Shown here: piece after piece, positions 31,827 through 41,050 of the stretch
Numbering within the stretch: position 1 is the first letter of the stretch
How the letters are laid out: each line of letters opens with the position of its first letter
Assembly: GCA_963675495.1 (NCBI GenBank)
Contig: OY776215.1
Coordinates: forward strand, 2,624,001-2,688,000
Length of the DNA stretch: 64,000 nucleotides
Reading direction: 5' to 3'
Source of the DNA: an uncultured Methanolobus sp.
GTDB lineage: Archaea; Halobacteriota; Methanosarcinia; Methanosarcinales; Methanosarcinaceae
The notes under the pieces: generated by a model
Told to the model about the DNA's origin: nothing
Database searches by the model: none
Seen by the model: only the letters and a program-made list of their open reading frames with translations
Position numbers and translations under genes: made by a program

Positions 31827-32480
31827 TTATGAGTCCGTGAAAAGCATTTTTAGTTTTCCTAGATACAGTTTCAATTCTTCATCTACTCTTTCTGCAGTCA
31901 TTTTTCCTGCTCCGAATATTATGTGCGAATCAATTACTTCCATTCCTACATACTCGAATGTGCAATGGGTGATGTATCTTAATAATTCCTGGATATCTCC
32001 GTGTTTACCTTGCATGGAGTACCATTCTTCTTCCGCACCGGTACTTATTACCATCATTACTTTCTTGCCTTTCAACAATCCATTCTCATAGACTCTATTT
32101 TTTATAGGGCTGAAGGCAAAACCTGCTGCAAAAACTCTATCTATCCATCCTTTCATGATGGCTGGCATTGCGGTAAAATAGATGGGAAAATGGAAGATCA
32201 GGATATCTGCCCATTTTACTTTTTCCATCTCTGCCATTATATCATCGGAAAAAGTACCTTCTTTACTTGCGGTGATCTGTTCAATGAATGGGTTGAATGA
32301 GTCTGTCTTCTTGCGTTGTAGAAAATCCCTTTTATCTAGCACAGGTTTGAAACCCATTGTATAAAGGTCAGAATGCCTTACTCTATTGCCCTTCTCCTCA
32401 AGTTCTTTTACAGCTAGCTCTTTCATGAACGAATTGAATGATTTTGGTTCAGGATGCGCAAAAATATATAAGATATTCAT
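31827..32480 (-). CDS. NAD(P)H:quinone oxidoreductase (flavodoxin-2, KefF/NQO family)
   Basis: AHPEPKSFN, SDLY, FPIYFTAMPAIMKGWIDRVF. Confidence 0.92.
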   Translation of the reverse strand: MNILYIFAHPEPKSFNSFMKELAVKELEEKGNRVRHSDLYTMGFKPVLDKRDFLQRKKTDSFNPFIEQITASKEGTFSDDIMAEMEKVKWADILIFHFPIYFTAMPAIMKGWIDRVFAAGFAFSPIKNRVYENGLLKGKKVMMVISTGAEEEWYSMQGKHGDIQELLRYITHCTFEYVGMEVIDSHIIFGAGKMTAERVDEELKLYLGKLKMLFTDS

Positions 32481-32603
32481 ATTACCCCCTATACATCTTT
32501 TATTTTGTAGTACTTATGCATTTGTGTGCTGAGCACTATAGGGGTGAGCTATTCATAGCTTCTGGGATATTAGCGTCAAAATAGGATATTTATCACATTG
32601 ACT

Positions 32604-33515
32604 TTACTTACTCATGAATTCAATGATTTCATTAAGTAATTCTACAAGCTCGTCAAGTCTGTAGTTGTCGATGTCCTCACGCGTGGAGATTGATTTAAAT
32701 GAGTGTGAGCCAGGTCTCATTTTTTTGTCCATGGCTTCAAGCATCTCTATAAGATTTTCGATCGCTTCAGAATTGATGTCAATTTCTTCTTTCTTTTCTA
32801 TCAGGGTTCCAAGCAATTGCCACATCTCTTTATGTGTGTTGTTCTGAAAATCATAATAAAGAGAAATCTGTTCATCAGATATTGGATGAAAATTGATTTT
32901 TATAATGTCTATCAGGAGATTTCTGATCAATTCTTTTGAAAGTAAAAATGTTGCCACAAAGAAGCCACGTTTGTAACATGAGTTTATTTCTGCTTTTATT
33001 GAATTGTAATGTTCATCAGAAAACCTGATATCCATGAATCTCTCATGTTTTGATATTGAAGATGAGGTTTGACCGTATATTGGATTGATCTTAACGAATT
33101 TCTCAATTTCAAAAGAGAAATCATTGATCCTTGGTGGAGCTGTTTTTAAAATTGATCTCTGTTCTTTCAGCCGCTTATATACGATGCTGTCTGTATAGCT
33201 TTTTGGCTTATCCTTGAAATAAACCCCTTGAATATAATCCTGCACGGTATAAGTGTACTCATTTGTTCCGGAACGTTTGTTTGTGTGATATAAGCTCTCA
33301 TATCTTGGTGCCTTATCAGGAAGCACACTTCTTATGATGGGCAAACATCGGGTGTACCATTTGGCATATTCCACAACGAATATATTTCGATTCTTTTGAT
33401 ATTCGTGCTCACTTGTTGCAATTTTATATTCCAGTAGTTCCAGCATCTCATCAGCTATTCTTACTAGTTCAGCTATTTCTTGTTTCGATGGTTCACTGGG
33501 ATTTTGTCCGGTCAC
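32604..33515 (-). CDS. Hypothetical protein with possible degenerate HEPN/DUF4145-like C-terminal domain
   Basis: EINSCYKRGFFVATFLLSKELIRNLLIDII ... MRPGSHS. Confidence 0.6.
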   Translation of the reverse strand: MTGQNPSEPSKQEIAELVRIADEMLELLEYKIATSEHEYQKNRNIFVVEYAKWYTRCLPIIRSVLPDKAPRYESLYHTNKRSGTNEYTYTVQDYIQGVYFKDKPKSYTDSIVYKRLKEQRSILKTAPPRINDFSFEIEKFVKINPIYGQTSSSISKHERFMDIRFSDEHYNSIKAEINSCYKRGFFVATFLLSKELIRNLLIDIIKINFHPISDEQISLYYDFQNNTHKEMWQLLGTLIEKKEEIDINSEAIENLIEMLEAMDKKMRPGSHSFKSISTREDIDNYRLDELVELLNEIIEFMSK

Positions 33516-33631
33516 ATATTATATTAAGACGGTACTAATATATAATGATATATATTCATATTATCAGGAAAGAATAGTGTTTTATCACATCAATTTAAAC
33601 ATATTTTATATCTTTTAAGGAGTGTGTTTCA

Positions 33632-34612
33632 ATGGATGTCCTCTGGCTTGAACAAGCAGACGTAAAAAATGTTATTGATATGCCTTTAACCCTTTCTGCA
33701 GTAGAGAATGGTTTTCGGGAGCATGGATTGAAAAAGGTACAGATGCCTCCAAAGTCCTATCTTTATTTCGATGAGCATAACGGAGACCTGCGCACAATGC
33801 CATCATTTATGGGGGAGCAGGATATAGCAGGCGTTAAAATAGTCAATGTGCATCCTGATAACAGGGAAAAAGGTCTTCCGACTGTGATGGCTGTCATCGT
33901 TCTCAATTCTACAGAAACCGGCGCTCCACTTGCTATTATGGATGGTACCTATATCACTGATATGAGGACTGGTGCTGCCGGTGGGGTTGCTGCAAAATAT
34001 CTTGCACGTCCGGATTCTCATGTAGTGGGGCTGGTAGGAACAGGTGGTCAGGCCCGAACCCAATTAATTGCACTTTCCGAGGTAATGGAAATTGAGGAAG
34101 TGAAGGTCACATGCAGGGATATGTCTCATTGTGAGTCTTTTCAAAAGGATATGCAAAAGGTTCTAAGTTGTGACTTTACACCGAAAGGGACTATAAAGGA
34201 TGTGTGTGATTGTGATGTTCTTGTGACGACCACGCCGGTTAGGGAACCTATTGTTATATCTGAGTGGGTTAATGAAGGCACTCACATCAATGCCATAGGT
34301 GCTGACGCCATGGGTAAGCAGGAACTGGACTCTGCTTTGTTGAAGAGGTCAAGGATAATCGTGGATGATATTGTCCAGGCATCGCATTCAGGGGAGATTA
34401 ATGTTCCTCTTTCAAAAGGAGTGATCTTAGAATCTGAGATTCATGCTGAACTTGGTGAAATTGTTGCCGGAGTGAAACAGGGAAGGCAGTCGGATGAGGA
34501 GATTACAATATTTGATTCCACAGGACTTGCTGTTCAAGACCTTGTGACTGCCAATATTGCTTATACAAAGGCTGTTGAAATGGGGATTGGGAAGAAGATA
34601 AAGTTATTCTGA
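33632..34612 (+). CDS. ala: Archaeal alanine dehydrogenase (ornithine cyclodeaminase/mu-crystallin family)
   Basis: VQMPPKSYL..GDLRTMP, VKIVNVHPDN, TDMRTGAAG, HINAIGAD, FDSTGLA. Confidence 0.88.
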   Translation: MDVLWLEQADVKNVIDMPLTLSAVENGFREHGLKKVQMPPKSYLYFDEHNGDLRTMPSFMGEQDIAGVKIVNVHPDNREKGLPTVMAVIVLNSTETGAPLAIMDGTYITDMRTGAAGGVAAKYLARPDSHVVGLVGTGGQARTQLIALSEVMEIEEVKVTCRDMSHCESFQKDMQKVLSCDFTPKGTIKDVCDCDVLVTTTPVREPIVISEWVNEGTHINAIGADAMGKQELDSALLKRSRIIVDDIVQASHSGEINVPLSKGVILESEIHAELGEIVAGVKQGRQSDEEITIFDSTGLAVQDLVTANIAYTKAVEMGIGKKIKLF

Positions 34613-34671
34613 TGCTCAGGTATAACTCAGGAGCAGGCAATTCATATACAAAAAAGAAAATAATGTTTTAA

Positions 34672-35298
34672 GTGGAAGAATCTGAAGAAGAATTTGAAAC
34701 TGAGAATTTCTCAGAACTAATCAAATATACACTTCCCGGATACATTGTCGGCCTGTTCACAGGCGTATTATTGGATATGTATGGGTATCAGCGCAGTCCA
34801 ATAGGTCAGTGGCTGGTGCGTACACTTGCAGGTGAAGGGGAAAGTATATTCGAGGGATTCTATTCCATACGCCAGCACTTCAAACCTAGCGCTCAGACAA
34901 TGGCAGAAGCATATGGTTGGGGTAAACTCTTCGGTATTGCTGTTCCTTGGATAATTGACCTTGGAAGCCGGCTTGCGGGGGTTGATGTTTATGGTGTAGA
35001 AGGATTCTATATACCATTTTTCTATTCACTCAGCGACCAGATCGGAGCCAACATTTCAGGTCTGCTTTTTTTGAAGAGAAAAGAAGGTTCGTGGGAAGCT
35101 GCTTTTGAAAGGTATATTCATCATCCTGTTATGCTTGCAAGCCTTGCAGTTATATTCATTGTACCAATAGGTCTTTTAAGTGCACGTTTTCTTGGTTTTA
35201 GTCCAACAACGCAAACTTTCACTGCATTTGAAGCAATTGCCGCAAACCTCTGCTGGATACCTCCTCTTGTCGGATGGTTCAACGAAAGGAGAAAATAA
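34672..35298 (+). CDS. Conserved hypothetical membrane protein
   Basis: 208-aa ORF with hydrophobic segments. Confidence 0.7.
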   Translation: MEESEEEFETENFSELIKYTLPGYIVGLFTGVLLDMYGYQRSPIGQWLVRTLAGEGESIFEGFYSIRQHFKPSAQTMAEAYGWGKLFGIAVPWIIDLGSRLAGVDVYGVEGFYIPFFYSLSDQIGANISGLLFLKRKEGSWEAAFERYIHHPVMLASLAVIFIVPIGLLSARFLGFSPTTQTFTAFEAIAANLCWIPPLVGWFNERRK

Positions 35299-35438
35299 AA
35301 GCTTTTTTCAGTACTGCTAAAAACCAGCCAATATCTGAAGTTGAACAAAAATTTTAAATACAAATCTTTCATACATATGTAGTGTTAAGGCTACATATGC
35401 AGGACAAGATTCTTCCTGCAATTCAGGAAGGTGTAAAA

Positions 35439-35918
35439 ATGAAAAAAACAACATCAATACTCCTTGCCGGTATGCTTGTTGCAACCATTGCAGGGATAGG
35501 TATCGTAAGTGCAGCGGTCGATGAAACAGATGATACGACTTTCTTCGGACAGATGCACAGATGGGTAGCGAACAGAATGGGATATGGATATGAGCACTGT
35601 CCCGTTAACGGAGCATATGCATCTGATGGGACAACAGTTGCTGGGTTTGAAGTCGGAACAATTGATGAGGCAATAAAGCTTGCAGAAGATTCAACCGGTC
35701 AGAATATAGCAGAATCCAATATCTATCAAATGGGGCGATGGTGGGTATTCAGCTACGTGGATGATGAAGGCACCATCACTCAGGGACGTATCGATGCATA
35801 TACAGATGAAGTCATCGATGATTTCTACGCAAACCAGAGATCACAGTACTATCAGAGTGGACGCAGCATGCGCGGTAGTGGATATGGTGGCTGTGGCGGA
35901 GCCGGATACAGATATTGA
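35439..35918 (+). CDS. Secreted protein with PepSY-like domain and Gly/Tyr-rich tail
   Basis: Signal peptide; TIDEAIKLAE..GRIDAYTDEV; GSGYGGCGG. Confidence 0.7.
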   Translation: MKKTTSILLAGMLVATIAGIGIVSAAVDETDDTTFFGQMHRWVANRMGYGYEHCPVNGAYASDGTTVAGFEVGTIDEAIKLAEDSTGQNIAESNIYQMGRWWVFSYVDDEGTITQGRIDAYTDEVIDDFYANQRSQYYQSGRSMRGSGYGGCGGAGYRY

Positions 35919-36025
35919 TTATTGTCCATGTGACTTAATAATCGGGTGTGGAAGGTCGAAAAGTAATAATACATGCCTTCCCATATACTCTTTATTAAAA
36001 ATATAACTTTTAGGGTGAATATAAT

Positions 36026-36238
36026 ATGATGGGCAGTAGCATGTATGGTTATGGAATATGGGGCCTTCTTTTGAACATACTTATCATCTTTTTAGTTGTT
36101 TGGGTAACAGTCACACTTCTTAACAGGTCTGATTCCGGAAACTCTGGAAGCAACGAACGTCTGGCAAGGGTCGAAAAGGATGTGGAAGATATCAAAAAGA
36201 TGGTTCAGGATATAAAAGAAAAACTTGATGATATCTAA
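36026..36238 (+). CDS. Small membrane protein with coiled-coil tail
   Basis: MMGSSMYGYG, one TM helix, heptad C-terminus; GGTGA RBS. Confidence 0.75.
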   Translation: MMGSSMYGYGIWGLLLNILIIFLVVWVTVTLLNRSDSGNSGSNERLARVEKDVEDIKKMVQDIKEKLDDI

Positions 36239-36294
36239 ATCCGGTAATAGGGTAAAATGCTTCAAAAACGGAATTAAAGATAGCAGGTTCCCAT

Positions 36295-36588
36295 ATGACA
36301 AAGACACTTCAGCAAATAATATCAGCCGGTGAAGCGATTTCCCATCCGGTAAGATTAAAGCTCCTGTATTTGCTCTCTGAAAGGGAGAGATACATTTATG
36401 ATCTTGCAAAGGAACTTCAGCTTTCCCGTCAGGTCATACAACTACATCTGAAGAGGCTGGAAAAAGCAGGATTTGTTGAAAGTGACCTGAGACTTGAAGC
36501 TAATGATAACAGGGCAAAGAAATTCTTCAAACTGAAAGAGTTCGATGTCGACGTGGGGATTGAAGATCTGGTCAAAATATTTGATTGA
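36295..36588 (+). CDS. ArsR/SmtB-family transcriptional regulator
   Basis: AISHPVRLKLL..LAKELQLSRQVIQLHLKRLEKAGFV. Confidence 0.9.
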   Translation: MTKTLQQIISAGEAISHPVRLKLLYLLSERERYIYDLAKELQLSRQVIQLHLKRLEKAGFVESDLRLEANDNRAKKFFKLKEFDVDVGIEDLVKIFD

Positions 36589-36589
36589 A

Positions 36590-37189
36590 TCAGGGTTTAG
36601 AACGAACCAGCCTGAAAACATCCCATATAGCCATATTCTTTACATCAATAACATTGAGACCTGCTTTTTTTATATTCTTCACCGTTTCACGGTTTATATT
36701 GACACCAGTGATTGCCGTGGTCAATGGGTTAAATATGTCTTCAAAGAACGCTATTAACCTTTTTTCACTTTTCATGTGTTCAAGGTTTATGACCGTACCT
36801 TCAGGTTTGCAGACACGTTTCATCTCTTCTAGTGCACCAATGGGCTCTGGAATAGAGCACAATACAAATGTTGTCACCACAAAATCAAAGCAGTTGTCCT
36901 TAAATCCAAGATGTTCTGCATCCATAAGGAAGAGGGAATGATTCTTCTTTCCAGTTGAGCGCTTTTTCGCATGTTTAAGCATCCCGGAACTTATATCCAT
37001 TCCGACAACATCGCAGTCTTTTGGATAATATCTTATGTTCTTGCCAGTTCCGACACCCACCTCAAGGACTCTCCCGGATATGTTGCCAAATATCTCTTTT
37101 CTCCATTTACTGTACCAGAAAAATTCGATTGGAATTTCCATAAGGTCATACAAGTAGGAGAAACGGTTGTATTTGGAAATGATTGACAT
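36590..37189 (-). CDS. Class I SAM-dependent methyltransferase
   Basis: VLEVGVGTGKN, GMDISSGML, MDAEHLGFKDNCFD, RVCKPEG. Confidence 0.9.
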   Translation of the reverse strand: MSIISKYNRFSYLYDLMEIPIEFFWYSKWRKEIFGNISGRVLEVGVGTGKNIRYYPKDCDVVGMDISSGMLKHAKKRSTGKKNHSLFLMDAEHLGFKDNCFDFVVTTFVLCSIPEPIGALEEMKRVCKPEGTVINLEHMKSEKRLIAFFEDIFNPLTTAITGVNINRETVKNIKKAGLNVIDVKNMAIWDVFRLVRSKP

Positions 37190-37386
37190 ACATTTTTCTT
37201 TGATGCTATTTGCTTAAACAATCTATGGTTATCTTTGATCAGTTGATATTCCATTTATTTTTTCAGGAAATACTTTCTGTATCTTTGTTCTCGTAGCAAG
37301 TCTGCATTTACATGTGTGCTTTCTTTAAAAGCTCTCATATACCATGAGCTATTAACTTCCAGAAGGAAGTATAAAGGAAGGATAGC

Positions 37387-37815
37387 ATGGTCACGAAACA
37401 GGAAAAATTCTGGGAAAGGGATAATTATCTGGTTGTAACCGATGGTACAAAGCCTGCCATAAAATGGACGATAGCTGAACTCAAAAAAAGGGGAAAAACA
37501 CTTACTGTGCTTGACTACTCCGATAAACCGCTTGAAGATTCAATTCAGGATATATCAGCAGTGCCCGATAGTACGGAAAATGTCGTAATAGGTGTCACAA
37601 AAAGAGAACCTGCCAGAATCATTGAAAAAATGGCTGAAAGAGGCACCAGTGATTTCTGGGTACACTGGAAGACCGATACATGTGATGTCAATCATCTTGA
37701 ATATGAACCAGGACTTAACATAATCACCGGACGATGCCCCATGATGTATCTTGGTAGCAGTGCAAGTATACATGGTTTTCACAGGTTTGTTGCAATGGCT
37801 CTTGGAAAGTACTGA
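37387..37815 (+). CDS. CoA-binding-domain-like protein
   Basis: Rossmann-like pattern ending GRCPMMYL..HGFHR. Confidence 0.6.
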   Translation: MVTKQEKFWERDNYLVVTDGTKPAIKWTIAELKKRGKTLTVLDYSDKPLEDSIQDISAVPDSTENVVIGVTKREPARIIEKMAERGTSDFWVHWKTDTCDVNHLEYEPGLNIITGRCPMMYLGSSASIHGFHRFVAMALGKY

Positions 37816-37904
37816 AAACTAACTTTGATCAGGATGGAATTTAGCATCCTGCAAAAATATAATAAGAATGATAACCTCATCTTAAGTGGAGTGAGGGTAG
37901 CAGG

Positions 37905-38987
37905 ATGGTAAATACTCTGTCCCATCTGGGTATTGGGCTTTTGATAGCATCAGTTGCAGGATTGAACAGCAGGCAGGTAAAGATAGTTGCTTTCATGGCA
38001 ATTCTTCCTGACCTTGACTTCATACTGAATGCACTGCTGTTGGCAATTGATCAGAACCTGAATCATCAGACTTACAACGGTCTGTATTACCTGATGGGCC
38101 ATCGAGAGTTCATGCATTCGATTATTTTTGCATCTTTTGTGATTCTATACATCTGGTTCAAAGAGAGGGACAGAACATTGACAATGGCTTCTGGTATTGC
38201 AATATTCAGCCATATATATCTTGATTATGTAACAAGCTGGAAAATGAGACCTTTCTTTCCCTTCGTAACAGATGCTTCTACCATAGGAGCAATTGATTTC
38301 TTTGATCCTGTTGTCACAATTATTTCTTTTATACCTATTGTTTACATTTTAGCGGAACATGCTAAGAATAACGGCAAGAACAAAAAAAATGGTATCAAAA
38401 GGATTAATGAGATCCTGAAAGACAGGGACAACTGGTTCAACGGTCTTTCAACAGGTAAACACAAAGCTCTTTACAGGAATCTTCTAATAATATTCACTAT
38501 CTGGTGTTTGTTTAATCCTCTTGCAAAAGTATTGTTCGTAGATCATCTTGAGGAATTTGAAGGGCATAATATAGATTATCAGGGTTCTTATCCGATATCT
38601 CCAGGTAAGTTCCTTTCAGCTTATTCTTACAATGACACACATTATCGAATATTCACTTCAAGCTACTGGAACGGAATAGAGAAAGCTACATTTGTCCCAA
38701 AGTATCCTGAAGATCAAAGTGAGTTTATGGAATATTTGTCAAGGGCTGAACTATTATACAAAAGCAGTCTTCCAGGAGAAATTGATTATCTGGTATACAA
38801 CGTTTCTGCTTCACAGGATAATGTAACGGTAACTCTTAGCGATGCAAGGAACCCTTTTGCACAATATTGGGCTTACTTTAAAACAGAATATGTATTTATT
38901 TTTGAAGTAGATTCTGAAAACTATCAAGTGTATTTGAAAAGGAATGCTGGGTATGGTAAAGTCGTACCTGTGAGTCTGTTTGAATGA
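37905..38987 (+). CDS. Membrane-bound metal-dependent hydrolase (YdjM-like)
   Basis: NTLSH, ILPDLD, HREFMHS, SHIYLDYVT. Confidence 0.85.
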   Translation: MVNTLSHLGIGLLIASVAGLNSRQVKIVAFMAILPDLDFILNALLLAIDQNLNHQTYNGLYYLMGHREFMHSIIFASFVILYIWFKERDRTLTMASGIAIFSHIYLDYVTSWKMRPFFPFVTDASTIGAIDFFDPVVTIISFIPIVYILAEHAKNNGKNKKNGIKRINEILKDRDNWFNGLSTGKHKALYRNLLIIFTIWCLFNPLAKVLFVDHLEEFEGHNIDYQGSYPISPGKFLSAYSYNDTHYRIFTSSYWNGIEKATFVPKYPEDQSEFMEYLSRAELLYKSSLPGEIDYLVYNVSASQDNVTVTLSDARNPFAQYWAYFKTEYVFIFEVDSENYQVYLKRNAGYGKVVPVSLFE

Positions 38988-39143
38988 GTTTATGAACATA
39001 AAATTATGTATTAAGTACACGTCGAGCCAATTTGTGTTCATCTCTCTAAAAATATGCACGAACTCCTTATATACGAGTTCACAATTACTTTCAAATGCAG
39101 TCAATTAAAGGAGATTGTTATTTTGAGGGAAAATGAAAGCAAT

Positions 39144-39461
39144 ATGGTTATGGATATTAAAATCCATGAATTCGTTAACAAGGACACATGGCATCTGCAT
39201 CTTGCCCTGCACGCAAACAATGTGTTGCTAGGAGTAGCATTTGCAAATCTTGGTAACTCTAAGTACGATAATGAAACCGTGATAGCAGCAATACAAAGCC
39301 TGAAGAATGAATATTACAAGGCTATTGGTTCTCCAATGAGATACAAGGAAGGAAAACTTGTATTCCTGCCTGCTGATCAGGGTTTAATTGTAAAAGAGTC
39401 ACAGAAGCATCCTGGAGTGGAGATTACACATGTTTCTAATACAGGTAGATCAGTGGCTTGA
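39144..39461 (+). CDS. Hypothetical protein
   Basis: ORF of about 105 aa; start uncertain. Confidence 0.55.
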   Translation: MVMDIKIHEFVNKDTWHLHLALHANNVLLGVAFANLGNSKYDNETVIAAIQSLKNEYYKAIGSPMRYKEGKLVFLPADQGLIVKESQKHPGVEITHVSNTGRSVA

Positions 39462-39675
39462 TCATATTAATATGGATGCTGGCAACAACGATTCCCTCAG
39501 ATAAATGCATCCTCTTGAATTAATAACTTGTTTGCTTTCAACACGCCAGCATTTATATTTTCTTTAAAGAAAGCAAGCATCCGATTTAATTTTTAATTTT
39601 ATCCATTTTTAGTTCCATTTGGCACAATACTTTTAATATTGTACTTTTATAGTTAATTTAAGGAGGAGTTGGGTA

Positions 39676-39972
39676 ATGCTGGATGACGATGAATTAGATG
39701 ATTTTATAACTGCAAGACCTTCTGAAAGGGAGCGTGTAAAAGCTGAGCATGTGATAATACACAAAGCAGCTTCACATCCGGTAAGAAGACAACTCATAAA
39801 AGAAATAGGTGCTTTTGGAGCCACAAAGGCGAACCTTCTTGAAAAAACAGAACTTGATGAGAAAGTCTTTAAATACCACACTGAATTCCTGATAAACGGT
39901 GAGTTTCTGAACATCAGCGAAGACAAGTATTTTTTAAGTGACAAAGGGCTTGAACTTCTGGCTAACATCTAA
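39676..39972 (+). CDS. Winged-helix domain protein
   Basis: AASHPVRRQLIKEIG..FKYHTEFL..LSDKGLEL; GGAGG RBS. Confidence 0.8.
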   Translation: MLDDDELDDFITARPSERERVKAEHVIIHKAASHPVRRQLIKEIGAFGATKANLLEKTELDEKVFKYHTEFLINGEFLNISEDKYFLSDKGLELLANI

Positions 39973-39990
39973 TATTCAGGAGATTGCCAG

Positions 39991-40665
39991 ATGAATGATA
40001 GAATGACTGCAAGGGCTGTATTTATTTCAGTTATTTCCATTTTCTTCTTATTTATGCTTGTATCCGGTTGTCTGGAAGATTCTCAGGAAGATATCAATAT
40101 TTCCGGAGAAGCAACGGAGTTTGAGGGGATGGAACTAACTCCGATCTCAGAGCAACGCAACAATGGCATTAAAGGTACTCAATACATAGATCAGGACACA
40201 TATGAACTTCGTGTTTACGGACTTGTAGACGAACCTCTTAATTTTACCTATGACCAGTTAGTTGCCTATCCTTCAGTAACAAGATTTGTGCGTATGGATT
40301 GTGTGGAAGGTTGGGGGTTCGATGCGAAATGGACAGGTGTGGCCTTGAATACGCTGTTTAATGAAACCGGCGTCGATAGTAGTGCAACCACCGTTATCTT
40401 CTATTCCGCAGATGGCTATTCAACAGGACTTGAACTTGATTACCTTGTGGACAACGACATTATTCTGGCTTATGAGCTCAACGATATCGTATTGCCTGCA
40501 GACAGGGGATTTCCTCTGCAGCTCGTTGCAGAAGTAAAATATGGTTACAAATGGGCTAAGTGGATAACAGCCATCGAAGTCACTGATGAACCATACAAGG
40601 GTTACTGGGAAAGTGCGGGGTACAGTAATAACGCAGATGTTGGCGGACCTGCTTTTGAGAAATAA
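39991..40665 (+). CDS. Molybdopterin-dependent oxidoreductase (sulfite oxidase/MsrP-like), lipoprotein
   Basis: Lipobox VSGC; MDCVEGW..WTGV, RGFPLQLV..KYGYKWAKWI..GYWE. Confidence 0.9.
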   Translation: MNDRMTARAVFISVISIFFLFMLVSGCLEDSQEDINISGEATEFEGMELTPISEQRNNGIKGTQYIDQDTYELRVYGLVDEPLNFTYDQLVAYPSVTRFVRMDCVEGWGFDAKWTGVALNTLFNETGVDSSATTVIFYSADGYSTGLELDYLVDNDIILAYELNDIVLPADRGFPLQLVAEVKYGYKWAKWITAIEVTDEPYKGYWESAGYSNNADVGGPAFEK

Positions 40666-41050
40666 CTATTCTCTACTATTTTTTTAGGCCAATCACTGGT
40701 GCCAGATTATTACTTTATAATTGTATTTGGAAGTCGTTCTATTAAATTTGATCAACATATGTACACATTTCAATTTCACAAAAATATGTTCATTAGCTAT
40801 TTTGAGGTGATAATTTGGTGGGTACACTATATATAATAACTACTACTGGCCTGGTCAAAAACAACATTCTGAATATATTGTGCGTGTATGCTGGAATGAT
40901 GTCGACTTAGTCACATAACATTTTTAAAATTGTAAATATATACATATTTATAAATAGTATACATTCATTTTTATAAAAATATACGGTGTTAAAATACACA
41001 TTACTATCTTCCAATAAGGCATCACAAATCAGGAATTATGAGGTTATATC

